Assembly (NCBI GenBank): GCA_963665845.2
Contig: OY762492.1
Span: forward strand, 2,304,001 to 2,368,000
Direction: 5' to 3'
Origin: Candidatus Poribacteria bacterium
Lineage (GTDB): Bacteria > Poribacteria > WGA-4E > GCA-2687025
DNA: 64,000 nucleotides
Shown here: one piece after another, positions 1 to 11,500 of the stretch
Layout of the letters: the number at the start of each line of letters is the position of its first letter
Position numbering within the stretch: position 1 is the stretch's first letter
The notes under the pieces: generated by a model
What the model was told of the DNA's origin: nothing
Databases searched by the model: none
Seen by the model: only the letters and a program-made list of their open reading frames with translations
Program-made: the position numbers and the translations under genes

Positions 1-3000
1 CCATAAGGCTAATCGCAACCTTGTCGGCAAGAATACCGGCTGGAACGGCTCCACCGACAATGTGCGGGTTCAGATTCCGACGCTTCCGCGCGGGACATGG
101 ACGCTTGTCGTTCAGCAGGACGGAACAAACGATCCGTTGACCAATGCGCCGCGTCAGGCGACTGCAGACATTTCGGTCACGCCGCGCATCACGCATATCG
201 AAGGCGAAGGCAACCAAGGCAAATGGCCAAAGGCTGTCACGGTGCGCAATGCGGACGATTCGTTCCGGACCTTCAGGGTTCAGGGCAACGGCTTCGAAGC
301 CGGCAGCGCCCTCTCCGTGTACCACACCAACGCGAGCGGCGATGAGTTCACGATCACATCGGGCGGCGCGGTCAACGCCAACGGAACGTTTGATCTGCGG
401 GCGCAGCTTGAGGATTCGGCGCACGGACCTTTCAAACTGTATGTTGCCGACAGCAAGGGCGGCGTTGCGACAGCGAAAGACGCGATTCGGGTCGGACCGG
501 TGATCTTCGTTTCGAAGACCTCCGTGTTAAGGGTACCGGATCCAAATGATACGGAAAAGAATAAGATCCAGATCACCGGCTCCGGTTTCGCGGCGGGCGC
601 GGTCACTTTCCGCTTTAAAAGCGGAGAGAACATGTTCACAGGGACGAGCAGCACGACCGTTATTGTCGGTCAAAAAGTGGTCGCCTTCAAAGGCGCTCTA
701 AACCCGCTCGCGCCGAGTGGGTGGCAGACGATCGTCGCAACCGACAGCACGGGCGCGACGGCGGAAAAGAATATCCTGGTCGCCACCGAGCCAGGAATAC
801 GGTTGACCTTGAATAGGACTGCCGCGCATGTGGGCGATGAGGTGGAGGCGACGGGAACGGGTTACGTTGCGAACACATCTTATCCCGCGCTGTTCGGCGG
901 GAACCCTGTGACCATCACGAGCGCGACCGTCGGGCATTTGCCGACCAACAAGACCTACATTCGGACAGACGGCAACGGCGCCTTCCGCTTTAAAGCGAAG
1001 CTTCCGAATGCGACGAAGGGAACGCAGCAGCCGTTCCGCGTCGGCGCCAACCATGCGGTCGCCCCGATTCAGGTCACCGAGAAGGTGTGGTTGAGCGGCT
1101 CGTTGAACGGCGTTCAAGAGGGCGCTTCCTTCACCGTGAACGGATCAGGCTTTGCGCCGGGCGAGACGCTGGCGCTTGTGTTGGCAATAGAGGGCAACCC
1201 CCCGAACCCGCTTTACTTCTACACGCAATCCGGCGGGACCAGGAACGAAGTGACGACACGGGTGAAGCTTAACGGCGGCGCGGATGTCGGCAGCGTCATC
1301 TGGGACGGCAATGCGAACCGCGGTCCTGGCTTCCGCGCCCGTTCGAACGGCTCTTTCAGCGTGACGATGGAGTCGCCGGGCATCCCTCTGGGCAAATACC
1401 GCGTGGACGTTTTCAAGATGAACACGTCCAAGGGAGGCGCCATTACGTCGACAGGATCCTTGCGGGCGCGGTCGAGCAACACATTCACCTCAAGCGTGAA
1501 AGCGGTTTTGGCGGTCAGCTCCTCCACCGTTTACAACCAGTCGACAGGGGTCGGCGGGAACAACAACGGGCAGCTGTTCATCTCCGGTACCGGCTTCAAG
1601 GCAGGTCAAAATGTGACGGTATCGCTCCCCGGTTGGTCGCAGAATGTGACTCCGGACGCGGACGGCTTCGTGAACACCACCGTGACGGTCACCGGCGCTC
1701 AGTACGGGAACCATGAAATCTCGGCGGCAAGCAACGGCGTGGATCACAACACCTTTAAAAAGCATGGGTACCACGACGCTAAACTCAAAGTGAATGTGGC
1801 GTCGGAGATTGTGGTTGTGCCGTCGACCGCGAGTCCGGGACAGACGGTGACGATCCATGGCTTCGGTTTCGGCAACGACAACCGAGCCAACAAGAACGAC
1901 GAGCAGGTGCGGTTCCGCGCGAACGGCCTGGATATCGGCAGTGCGAAGGGCATCGTCGGCTCCCACGGCCGATTCTTATTCAACTATAGGCTCCCTAATG
2001 CCATCAAGGCCGGCAAAAACCTGACAGGAGTTCCGGGCGGAACGATCGTGGTGCGGGCTGAAGGGCATAGCACGGGCGGCGCCGGCGCCGCCGAGGACAG
2101 CCTGACCATCATTCCGGTGGCGAAGATCAAGAATACGTCGGTTGAGATCGGCGGCGACATCCAGATTGAAGGTTACGGGTTCCCGGCGGGGGCGGCGGTC
2201 CAGCTCTATCTGGATCAGAGCGCCAACGGCAGCGGCGTCTATGAGCTGGGAATAGCGCCCAGCGGCACGGAGAACAAGGCGAACGCGCGCGGCGGACTTG
2301 AAGCGAAAGTGACATCGAAGGCGTTTGTGAATCCGCACATTGCCCGCCATGTCCGGTGGCAGGTGCAGGGGACAGACGCGAATACGGCTGTCGGCGCCGG
2401 CAACACGACGAACACCTACGTAGCGAAGCCGTCCATCACGGTGGATCCGTACACCGGGCGCGGCACCGAGGACATTCAGGTTGTCGGAAAAGGGTTCACG
2501 CCCGGCTCCGCTTTGAGCGTGAAGGTCGGCGCTAACTGGGCGGCCGGGACGAGCGCGTTCTGGCAGAACGTGACGGTCGGGACGATCAACGGCGGCGGCG
2601 CCTCGTTAACTCCCGCCAATACGGGCGACTTCATCGCCCGTTTCAACGCGCCGACGGCTGCATCGCCGGGCAAGACGAAAGTTCATGTCGGCTCCGCGTC
2701 GTCTATCGCGTCGAAAGACTTCATCTACTCCTCGCCTACGGGGACGAAGATGCTGGAGGCCTTCGACGGCAAAAGCGGAGCCCCCGGCACAACGGTGAAG
2801 CTTCGCGGCTGGAACTACGGCAGCTTTGAGTCGGTCGGGCTTCTTCGGATCGACAACAGCGCGCCAACAAATAGTTCGCCGTTGATCCGGGACGCCGTGA
2901 AGCTCGGCGGCGACAGCCGCGGCTGGCAGGCGATCGGCGGTTATATCACCGCGGATGTGAACGGCGTCTTTGAGGTGTCGTTCAAGACGCCTCAATACAC

Positions 3001-6000
3001 GGCGGTTTCGACGAACGGAACGAAGTACATCAACACGCAGAACGGAGCCGCGCCAACGTCCGCCACGGTGACGATCACCTCTACCCTTGCGCGCAGTCCG
3101 CGGGTCGTCTCGCCTGGCTCTACCGTCACATTTACGGGCAGCGGCTTCGGCGCCAATCAGAACCTCGGCAAAGCGACGGTGGTTGGATTCGGGCAGCTGG
3201 GCAAGGAGATCAAGGCAGACGCCAACGGCGTCGTCACCGGCGCGACGTTCAAAATTCCGGACGAGAAAAACAGCGATGGCACCTTTAAAAATGCCAACGT
3301 TTACAACAGAAACATCAATATCACGTCGCCCTCCCTTAGCGGCGGCAACGATAAGAAGGATCTGCATCTTCGGAACGCGGAGGAGATCATTTACTTCTCG
3401 CCGACCAGCGGCGGCTCTGGGACGGTCGTTCGCGTCAAAGCGCGCGGCTTCTTCGCCAATTGGCAAGTGGAAGTTCAATTTGACGGCAAGCATGTCTCGC
3501 CGTATGACGTATTGAGCGGCAAGGTTCATGGCGGTCATTATGTCACGGCGAGCGCCGCTGGCGATCTGGACTTCTACTTCAACGTTCCGCCTTCCGACTC
3601 CGGCGCGCGTGAATTCTGGGTGCGTCAATATCAGCATGGCGACCGGAACAAGAATCATCGTACCAAGCAGCACAAGCGAACCTTCATGGTTGGCGCGATC
3701 ATTGCGGTTCGTCCTTTGAGCCGCGAGGTGGGCGAAGACTTGACGGTGACAGGAACCGGTTTTGGCGCCAATCAAGCTCTGACGGTGAATGTCGGCGGAA
3801 CGGTCATCCAAAAGAACGGCATTGACAGGACGTTCAAAGCCAACGGGGACGGCACCTTCAATGCGAAGTTCAAGGTTCCGGAAGTTCAGGGCGGATTGCA
3901 GACGGTGACGGTGGGCAGCGCGTCCTTCCGGTCGCTCATGGTCAACCCGAACTATACGCTGAGCGGCGTCAGGGCGAAGGTTGACGATCCTTCGACCCCG
4001 TTGATCGCGAGGGTTGACGATCCTTCGACCCCGTTGACCGTCACTGGATACGGTATGGAAGCCGGCACGTCTGTGATGATTTATCTTGACAACGACGATA
4101 AAGACCGGCAGAAGTCGCCACCCCTTCAGGTAGGGTCGAACGGAACGGTGAGCTGGACGTTCCCGACGATCGCGGCGACCTCCTCCGACCGCAGTTACAC
4201 GGCGACGCTGGTTGATTCGGGCGGCAACAGGCACGATGCGGGTACATGGCATGTGGTCAGTACTGCGACTGCGGCAACAGAGACGACGCAGTCCGGGAAA
4301 CTGTTCGGGAACTCCGGCGACGTGGTGACGCTTTCGGCGAAGGGCTTCTCTCGCTATGAGCGTGTGCGGGCGTTGTTCGGCAGCGTCAAGAACGGCATTG
4401 TCACCGGCATTTCCGCGATTGACGGCGAAGGCATTCCGGTGGATGAGAACGGAACGCTTGGCGAAACGAAGGTGCGCGTGCCGAATCTGGCTCCTGGCGC
4501 GACGAAGTTGATCTTGGTCGGACAGGCTTTGAACTCTCAAGGCAAGTTGAACCTGCATCAATGGGACTTTGCGGTCGGCAGCGAAACGAAAGATGTCTTG
4601 ACAGTGGCGCCGGCTATCAACGGCGGCAAGCCTATTTCGGAAGCCAGCCCCGGCGACCGCATCCGCGTTTACATCAATGTCGTCAACACGTTCCAGCCCA
4701 ACGAAGCTGTGACGGTGTACTATGACTACGATCCGGTCAATAAGACCGGCGCGCTGTCTCAGACAACGACAGCGGATCCCAACGGGTCCATACCGGCGGT
4801 CAGGGCGGTGTCGTTCACGGTGCCGGGCGGTCCGGGCGGTATGAAGACCATCGGAGCGGTCGGGGCGAAGTCGGGCGCGGAGCGCAAAGCCGAGTTCACG
4901 GTGATTCCGAAGGTGACGCTGCTGAATCCGTCCCAGTTTGATCTGGGCGATCAGGTTACGATTGACGGCGTCGGCGCCGGCGCGAATCAACCGTTGCAGG
5001 TGGAAATCGCCACCGCGAAGGATAATAATGCAGCGGATGGGTCGGGCGCCGTCTCGACGGTGACGATCGATTCGGGCGCGACCTCGGGCGCGGACGGGCG
5101 GTTCAAGGTAACCTTCCGCGTGCTGAATGCGCTGTATACGAAGAACCCGCAGCCTGTTCGCATCCGCGTCAAAAGTGGAAGCGAGCTGACCTCGCCATGG
5201 TTTGGACGCGCTGCGAAGCTGCAGGTGGTGACGAAGGGCGTTCGGGTGGCGCTGAGACCTGCCGCTGAAGGTCCGGGCGACGCCGTCTTGACGCTGGAAG
5301 GCACCGCCGCCGACTCGGGAGGCAATTCGCGCATTCTTGAGAACATCGGGAATGTGGAGTTGGCGCACGGCTCGATTAACAACGGGCAGCGGCGGAAGAT
5401 GAAATACGAGAACCTTACGGTACTGGACGGTATCGGCACGAGGGAAAAAGACGCCGGCGGGTTTGCGACGATCCGCACCGACTCGAACGGCCGTTTCAAG
5501 GTGCGCGTCAACTTGACGTCGCTGAACGGCGGGAAGCCTGTGCCGAGCGGTCTTGTGACGATCTATGTCGGCGGCGAGCTTGTGACGACCAGTTACACGG
5601 TGACGCCTCAGCTGCGCCTGACGGACGCGGACGACAAGGCGGTCGCGCAGGTGAAACTCGGTCAGGACTACACCTTAAAAGGGATCAGTTTCAGCCGCAG
5701 CCGCGCGGTGACGCTGACCTTGGGCGGCAAGTCGGCGACGGCCTTAGACGTGAAGACGGACAATAACGGCGAGTTCACGGCAACGATGAACTGGGCGGCC
5801 GGCGGCTGGGTCGGCGGAGTTAAGAAACTGACAGCTGCAACGCTGTATGACGATGCAGAGTTGGATTTGACGGTTTTGGGTTCCATCACCGACGTGGAAG
5901 CTGGGACAGCGGTTAAAGTCGGCGATAAAGTCGATGTGTCGGGCAACGGCTTCGGCGCAGAGGAGGCGTTGACCATCACGGTCGGCGGCAACCCTGCGGA

Positions 6001-8230
6001 GGCGACTGAAGGCGGCACAACGAACGCGGACGGAACCTTCACGGCGACGATCGCGATTCCTGACTCATCTTCGGGCGCGAAGGATTTGAGAGTGTCTTCA
6101 GACACGAGCTCCGCGACCGTTACAGGCGCGTATGCGATCGGAACGTCGCTCAGCGCGAAGATGACGAAGGCGGACACGGCGACGGTCGCGGGAACAGGCT
6201 ACCCCGCCGGCAACGTTACCATTATGGTTGCGGGCGAGGCGGATGCGGCAGCGACCGCGGGCGCCAACGGCAGCTTCACGGCGGAGATCGCTTTGACCGC
6301 CGATCGGGATCATGGCTCTTCGGTCGCAGTGACCGCCGGTTCGCAGACCGCCAGCTTCCTATACGATGACACGGCGGAGGCGCAGAACATTGCGGTGTCG
6401 CCGAATCCTGCCGGCTCCGGCAAGACGGTTACGGTGAGCGCGGAGATTGAAGCGGGTTCAACGGCGATGTTCAGCGTCGCAGGCGTTGACGGCGCTTCGG
6501 GCGATCTGGAAGCTGTTGAAGGCGGCGACGCTCCTGACGGCTTCACGGCGGTTGCCGGCATGTATGCGGTCGAGGATAGCGTGAACGTTGCGGACGCTGT
6601 CGTTACGGTGACGGTGACGGACAGCATCGACAACGAGACCATGTATGACAATATGTCGGAGATGAAAGTCCCGACATTGACGATTGACACGATCGCTCCG
6701 ATAGGAACGGCGGCGTTGAGCTCGGAGACGACCCGCAACAATCTGTCCTTCACGATCACGGCGACCTCGGAGGAGTCGGGCTTGACCGCTGCGGCGGATG
6801 TGAGCGCTGTTGACTCGACGAAAGTTGACCCGGTCGCGCTTGCTGAAAGCGATGAGGGCGGCTCCTACTCGGCTGATGTGGTGGTGAGCGGCAAGAACGA
6901 AGCGACGCCGGGCGATAAGACGGTGGTTGTGACGCTGACCGACGCTGCGGGCAACAGCGCCTCTATAGAGGTCGGCATTGAGTTGCGCGCGAACACCGCC
7001 TTCACCGTGAAACTGTATCCTGGGCTGAACCTGATTCATGTTCCGGTGAGCGAGGAAGGGCTGGATCGGGCGAGCGCCCTTTGGGAGAAGATCAACAAAA
7101 GCGGCAACGGCGGCAACATCATCAACGCGATTGTGATGCTGAAATACGCCGACAGTCCGGGAGGGACTCCGAAGTTTGTGTCCTACACAGGCGGCTTGGT
7201 CGGTTCTGCGGTGGATCTTCCGTTGGAGGATTCGACAGGCGTCCTGGTTCTGATGAAGCAGGCGGCGTCGGTCACCTTCACGGGCGGCCCTTTGGAAGCT
7301 TCGGTTCCCTTGCGGAGCGGCATCAACCTGATTGGAGTTCCGCGGGACAGCGACGATGTCTCCATGGCGAGTCATATAGCGGCTCTTGGTCAGCCGGATG
7401 TGGCGATACAGACGTTGGCGTTGAAGCGGGATGACGACGGCAATGTGCAGTTCATTGCGGCGACGCCGAGCAACGATGTTGCCGTGACAGGCGGTCAAGG
7501 GTTCATCGTGGTCGCGTCGGGTCCGTGGGCTTTGACGATGCCGGGCGCTCCGTGGGAGAACGCTGCTGCGCCGTCTACCGCGGCGTCCGCGGAGCATCTG
7601 CTCCCGACATCCACGCCGTTGCTGGTGGTGGAAGGTTCGCTGGCTCGCGAGGACACCTTGGCGGCTCTGAACGGGCTGGAGGTGTCGGTGACGAACCTGC
7701 GGACGGGTCAAAAGGCGACGGAGCGGGTCGGTTCGACCTCCGGCAACGGACGCTTCTCGGCGGCAATGATCGACCTCAAAGGCGGGCGTTATGAGGCGTC
7801 CGATCAGTTTGAGGTTCAGGTTGTGGATCCGAGCGGCGTCTTCGGCGGCTTCCCGGCGCGGCGCATCGTTTTCGATGAAAAGAGCGTTGTGAGCGGTCGG
7901 GTGGATCTGGGTCAGCTGTTGTTGAGCGCGGTTCCGGACTATTCGGCTCTGCTGCCGAACTATCCGAACCCGTTCAACCCAGAAACCTGGATTCCGTTCC
8001 AGTTGGCAGAGTCGAGCCGCGTGACGGTGACGGTCTACAACGCCGCTGGTCAGACGGTTCGCGTGTTGGAGTTGGGTCAGCTTCCGGCAGGGACCTACCA
8101 TAGCCGTTCCAAGGCGGCGTATTGGGATGGTCGGAACGCGCTGGGCGAGCGGGTCGCAAGCGGTTTGTATTTCTACCGCATTGAAGCGGGCTCGTTCAGC
8201 CAGCTGCGTCGGATGGTGATCCTGAAATAG
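1..8230 (+). CDS. Giant secreted surface protein (5'-truncated, >2740 aa): tandem IPT/TIG-like Ig repeats and a C-terminal T9SS type A / FlgD-Ig-like sorting domain
   Basis: The frame is open from position 2 (HKANRNLVGKNTGWNGSTDNV...), so the GTG at 62 is not the true start. Roughly 15-20 'G.GF..G..V' beta-sandwich repeats. It ends 'LLPNYPNPFNPETWIPFQL...YWDGRNALGERVASGLYFYRIEAG...RRMVILK'. Confidence 0.9.
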   Translation, partial: HKANRNLVGKNTGWNGSTDNVRVQIPTLPRGTWTLVVQQDGTNDPLTNAPRQATADISVTPRITHIEGEGNQGKWPKAVTVRNADDSFRTFRVQGNGFEAGSALSVYHTNASGDEFTITSGGAVNANGTFDLRAQLEDSAHGPFKLYVADSKGGVATAKDAIRVGPVIFVSKTSVLRVPDPNDTEKNKIQITGSGFAAGAVTFRFKSGENMFTGTSSTTVIVGQKVVAFKGALNPLAPSGWQTIVATDSTGATAEKNILVATEPGIRLTLNRTAAHVGDEVEATGTGYVANTSYPALFGGNPVTITSATVGHLPTNKTYIRTDGNGAFRFKAKLPNATKGTQQPFRVGANHAVAPIQVTEKVWLSGSLNGVQEGASFTVNGSGFAPGETLALVLAIEGNPPNPLYFYTQSGGTRNEVTTRVKLNGGADVGSVIWDGNANRGPGFRARSNGSFSVTMESPGIPLGKYRVDVFKMNTSKGGAITSTGSLRARSSNTFTSSVKAVLAVSSSTVYNQSTGVGGNNNGQLFISGTGFKAGQNVTVSLPGWSQNVTPDADGFVNTTVTVTGAQYGNHEISAASNGVDHNTFKKHGYHDAKLKVNVASEIVVVPSTASPGQTVTIHGFGFGNDNRANKNDEQVRFRANGLDIGSAKGIVGSHGRFLFNYRLPNAIKAGKNLTGVPGGTIVVRAEGHSTGGAGAAEDSLTIIPVAKIKNTSVEIGGDIQIEGYGFPAGAAVQLYLDQSANGSGVYELGIAPSGTENKANARGGLEAKVTSKAFVNPHIARHVRWQVQGTDANTAVGAGNTTNTYVAKPSITVDPYTGRGTEDIQVVGKGFTPGSALSVKVGANWAAGTSAFWQNVTVGTINGGGASLTPANTGDFIARFNAPTAASPGKTKVHVGSASSIASKDFIYSSPTGTKMLEAFDGKSGAPGTTVKLRGWNYGSFESVGLLRIDNSAPTNSSPLIRDAVKLGGDSRGWQAIGGYITADVNGVFEVSFKTPQYTAVSTNGTKYINTQNGAAPTSATVTITSTLARSPRVVSPGSTVTFTGSGFGANQNLGKATVVGFGQLGKEIKADANGVVTGATFKIPDEKNSDGTFKNANVYNRNINITSPSLSGGNDKKDLHLRNAEEIIYFSPTSGGSGTVVRVKARGFFANWQVEVQFDGKHVSPYDVLSGKVHGGHYVTASAAGDLDFYFNVPPSDSGAREFWVRQYQHGDRNKNHRTKQHKRTFMVGAIIAVRPLSREVGEDLTVTGTGFGANQALTVNVGGTVIQKNGIDRTFKANGDGTFNAKFKVPEVQGGLQTVTVGSASFRSLMVNPNYTLSGVRAKVDDPSTPLIARVDDPSTPLTVTGYGMEAGTSVMIYLDNDDKDRQKSPPLQVGSNGTVSWTFPTIAATSSDRSYTATLVDSGGNRHDAGTWHVVSTATAATETTQSGKLFGNSGDVVTLSAKGFSRYERVRALFGSVKNGIVTGISAIDGEGIPVDENGTLGETKVRVPNLAPGATKLILVGQALNSQGKLNLHQWDFAVGSETKDVLTVAPAINGGKPISEASPGDRIRVYINVVNTFQPNEAVTVYYDYDPVNKTGALSQTTTADPNGSIPAVRAVSFTVPGGPGGMKTIGAVGAKSGAERKAEFTVIPKVTLLNPSQFDLGDQVTIDGVGAGANQPLQVEIATAKDNNAADGSGAVSTVTIDSGATSGADGRFKVTFRVLNALYTKNPQPVRIRVKSGSELTSPWFGRAAKLQVVTKGVRVALRPAAEGPGDAVLTLEGTAADSGGNSRILENIGNVELAHGSINNGQRRKMKYENLTVLDGIGTREKDAGGFATIRTDSNGRFKVRVNLTSLNGGKPVPSGLVTIYVGGELVTTSYTVTPQLRLTDADDKAVAQVKLGQDYTLKGISFSRSRAVTLTLGGKSATALDVKTDNNGEFTATMNWAAGGWVGGVKKLTAATLYDDAELDLTVLGSITDVEAGTAVKVGDKVDVSGNGFGAEEALTITVGGNPAEATEGGTTNADGTFTATIAIPDSSSGAKDLRVSSDTSSATVTGAYAIGTSLSAKMTKADTATVAGTGYPAGNVTIMVAGEADAAATAGANGSFTAEIALTADRDHGSSVAVTAGSQTASFLYDDTAEAQNIAVSPNPAGSGKTVTVSAEIEAGSTAMFSVAGVDGASGDLEAVEGGDAPDGFTAVAGMYAVEDSVNVADAVVTVTVTDSIDNETMYDNMSEMKVPTLTIDTIAPIGTAALSSETTRNNLSFTITATSEESGLTAAADVSAVDSTKVDPVALAESDEGGSYSADVVVSGKNEATPGDKTVVVTLTDAAGNSASIEVGIELRANTAFTVKLYPGLNLIHVPVSEEGLDRASALWEKINKSGNGGNIINAIVMLKYADSPGGTPKFVSYTGGLVGSAVDLPLEDSTGVLVLMKQAASVTFTGGPLEASVPLRSGINLIGVPRDSDDVSMASHIAALGQPDVAIQTLALKRDDDGNVQFIAATPSNDVAVTGGQGFIVVASGPWALTMPGAPWENAAAPSTAASAEHLLPTSTPLLVVEGSLAREDTLAALNGLEVSVTNLRTGQKATERVGSTSGNGRFSAAMIDLKGGRYEASDQFEVQVVDPSGVFGGFPARRIVFDEKSVVSGRVDLGQLLLSAVPDYSALLPNYPNPFNPETWIPFQLAESSRVTVTVYNAAGQTVRVLELGQLPAGTYHSRSKAAYWDGRNALGERVASGLYFYRIEAGSFSQLRRMVILK
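3979..4037 (+). repeat. In-frame 33-bp-period tandem duplication (VDDPSTPL x2)
   Basis: ggttgacgatccttcgaccccgttga at 3979-4004 and 4012-4037. Confidence 0.9.
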
Positions 8231-8247
8231 GCGTCTTATGCGGGCTG

Positions 8248-8281
8248 ACGGGAGAGGCGGGGCTTGTTCCTCCTCTCCCGT
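8248..8281 (+). terminator. Stem-loop after giant gene 1 (possible terminator, weak U tract)
   Basis: acgggagagg (8248-8257) pairs with cctctcccgt (8272-8281). Confidence 0.6.
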
Positions 8282-8551
8282 TGCCTTGTAATTGGCGAGG
8301 CGAAGGAATATACTTGAAACGCCGGCAGTTTTGTCGCATGATATGGAGCGGTAGGCAGCGTCGCTGTTGTGTCGAATAAAAAGGTAGCATTCGAAAGCGA
8401 TGCGTTGTATGCTGTATGTGTGTTCGGGTTTTGGCGGCAGGCGTCGGGACGGTAGGAGAGCGGATTTGACGACATTTCATTTTCAGAGTTTGAACAACAA
8501 TTTTTGTAGGGTACGATCATGACAAGACCCCTTGTTTTATGGAGGCAACGG

Positions 8552-11500
8552 ATGCGCGATTTTCAGTCGTATTTCAAGACAGCGGTCGTCTGGATTGCGG
8601 CGATTGGACTGGTTTTTGGGAGCGCGGCGACCGCAGCTGCGCAGTTCTCGAATTTTAAGGTGACGGTTTCCCTGACCGACAGGGAGGGGAACGCTGCGAC
8701 CGGCTTGAACGTTGTGTTCCAGAACACAAGCGCCCCTGAAGGTTCGCAAGCGGCGCAGGAACAGGATCTGTCGGAGGACGCCTCGACTCCTGGCTCCTAT
8801 AGCGTCACGCTCACCGACCTTGACATCGGAGGAATCTTCAAGCAGGTGCTGATTCCAAAAGAGGGGGATGTCGTTTCTATACGCGCGACGCAGACCGTCG
8901 GCGGGGTAACATCGCCATGGTCGACTCTGCAGCGGACGATTACCAAGGCTGAACTGGACGCTGGAGAGACCAACATCGCTATGACCGAATCCGGCCTCAC
9001 GGTCGAATTCGAGGAAGCGGATGTGAGAGGCGACGGCGTGTCCACCGCGACTCTTGTGGTTACGGTGGTGGACGCCTCTGGAAATCTCATTGACGACGCG
9101 GACCTGACCGCGACGACGACGGCCGGATCTGTGGGCGCCTTTACAAGCGTCGGCAGCGGAAAGCATGAGGCGGTCTTCAACGCGCCTTTAACAAGCCAAG
9201 ATGTGACGGCGGAAGTTACCGTTACATACGGCGCCGATTCGGGTAAAGCGACCATCAACATTATAGGCGTCCCGGCGAATATAACCGTGTCGGTGGACCC
9301 GACCGAACTGGTCGCCGACGGAGCCTCTACCGCAGTTGTCACGGCAACGTTGACGCGCGAAGGCGAAGCGGTTGTGAACGAAACGGTGACGATAGAAGCC
9401 ACCTTAGGTACCGTGGGCGATGTGACCAACAACGAAGACGGAACCTACACGGCGACCTTCACCGCAGGGACGACGGCAGGAACCGCCGAGATCACCGTTA
9501 CGGCTTCGGCGGGCGATACAGGCGAGGCGAGCTTGACTCTAACGCCGGGCGCGCCTGCCGGCATCGTTGCCTCAGTGGATCCGACGCAGATACGCGGCGA
9601 CAGCATCACCACGGCGACCTTCACCGCCACCATCGCCGACGCGAACGGCAACCCCGTTTCCGGGCTTGAAAACGTGACGGCAACGCTCACGGGCGGCGGC
9701 TCCATCGGCGATGTGGCGGATGCCGGCGACGGAACCTACACGGCGGTCTACACCTCCCCCCTGGTGAAAGAAGACGCGGTCGCAACGGTTGAATTCGCTT
9801 ATGCGGCGTTGACGCCCGCCTCGGCGACATTGACCGTGACGGGTGAACCTGACGCCGAAGCGACCATCCTGGTGGTGAAAGGTTTAGCCACCTATCTTGA
9901 CAGATCGCATGCGGCTCCGAACGGCCTTTCTGTCTTGGTGGAAAACGTGACGAAAGATTCGAGCGTAACGAGCGCAACAGGAGACGACGGACTAGGACGT
10001 TACTCCGCAACGTTCTTTGACCTCGCCAATCCGAATGCGGTCGTCGCGAGCTCAAACGATCTGATTCGAGTGACGGTGACCGATCCTGAATCCAACCAGT
10101 CGACCGTGGTTGAGCGGCGCTTGACGGCGGATGAAGTGAACGCGACGATCGTTGACATTGACGTTGAGACAAACCTGAAAGCTACGGCGTCTGAGTTCCT
10201 TGTAGCAGGCACGGTGCAGTATTCCGACGGAACCGCTGCAGTTCTTCCAGGCGCGGGTTTGAGGGTGGAGGTGAGCATCGGAGAGGCTGTGCAGGGGCAG
10301 CCGCTGAATGAGGCGCCGAACGGCGTGTTTAGCATCCAATTCGCAGGCCCGACGTTTGAAGTCGCGACCGGCGACCTGATCAACATCACTGTCTACGATA
10401 TCGACAACAATGTCGTGGCGACCGGCAGCCAGTTCACGTTTATTGCGTCCTCCGCGCAGGTGATTGGCGGCGAGATTGATCTGGGAGATATTCAGACAAC
10501 GGTTGACGCGCACACCGCGAGCCTGAAGGTGATCGGCTCTTTGAAATACAATGACGGAGCCGCTGGGATTCTTCCGAGAGAGCAATTGACAGCGATTGTC
10601 ACCGTTGGCGCTGACAGGAAGGATCCCCTGTCTATCGACAGTCCTATGGGCGACTTCGAGGTCAGCTTTCTTGATGCGCAGTCTGCGGCTAAGACGGGCG
10701 ATCTGGTGAGCATTGAGGTTCTCAAGAACGGCGACGTTGTTGCAAGCATGAGCCGACAGATCACCTCGCAGGAGGTGATTGACGGAGCCTTTAACTTCAA
10801 CGATGTCGTCACTTCGCTGCCGGCGATGTCGGGCGGGACAGGCTTGTTAATCGTCTCCGGTACGGTCACAGCCGACGTTGAGATTCCGGACGGTTCCATG
10901 GTTCTAGTGACGAACCTGCACCGCGGAGACACAAGCACAAGCTCGCCCGTTACCATCACAAACGGCAAGTATAGCGCGGTATTGCAATCCAGCAATGTCG
11001 GGGCGCCCAACTTGGGCGATGTCGCTGAGACGGGCGATGTGCTGCTCATTGAGGTACTTGATCCGGACGGCGTTGTCCTCGCGGCCAATGAAACCGTTCT
11101 CGATTCGATGGCGGTGGTTCTCGGAGCGATGACGGGCGCGAATGTCCAAGTGACCGGCGTTGTGATAGCGCTGACCATCGGCGGCGACCCAGTGGACGCT
11201 AACTCATCCCATCAAACCCAGTATGATGCGAACGGCGTCGCTTCGGCGACGGTGGTAGCGACGGTGTCCGGCTCGGTGAGCGCGGGCGAACTGACATTCG
11301 ATTCAGGCGGCGTGGGATCCTTTGAGCCGTTGGACGGAAACACTCGCACCTTTAGTACCGTTTACGCTGACGAGATGTATTTCTCGTCAGACAGAGGTCT
11401 CGTGACGATCACGGTCTCGGCCGGCGACAAGGCGAGCCGCACCGTCACGCTGAACGTGGTGGATATAGACGATCCAGTGATCAACTCCATCACGCCAGAA

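Noticed and set aside
62-64. GTG at 62 as the start of giant protein 1
   Set aside because: The frame is open to the window edge, with no signal peptide or RBS here.
8282-8551. Promoter or riboswitch upstream of giant gene 2
   Set aside because: Several TTGA-like hexamers, but no convincing -35/-10 pair or known aptamer could be fixed by eye.
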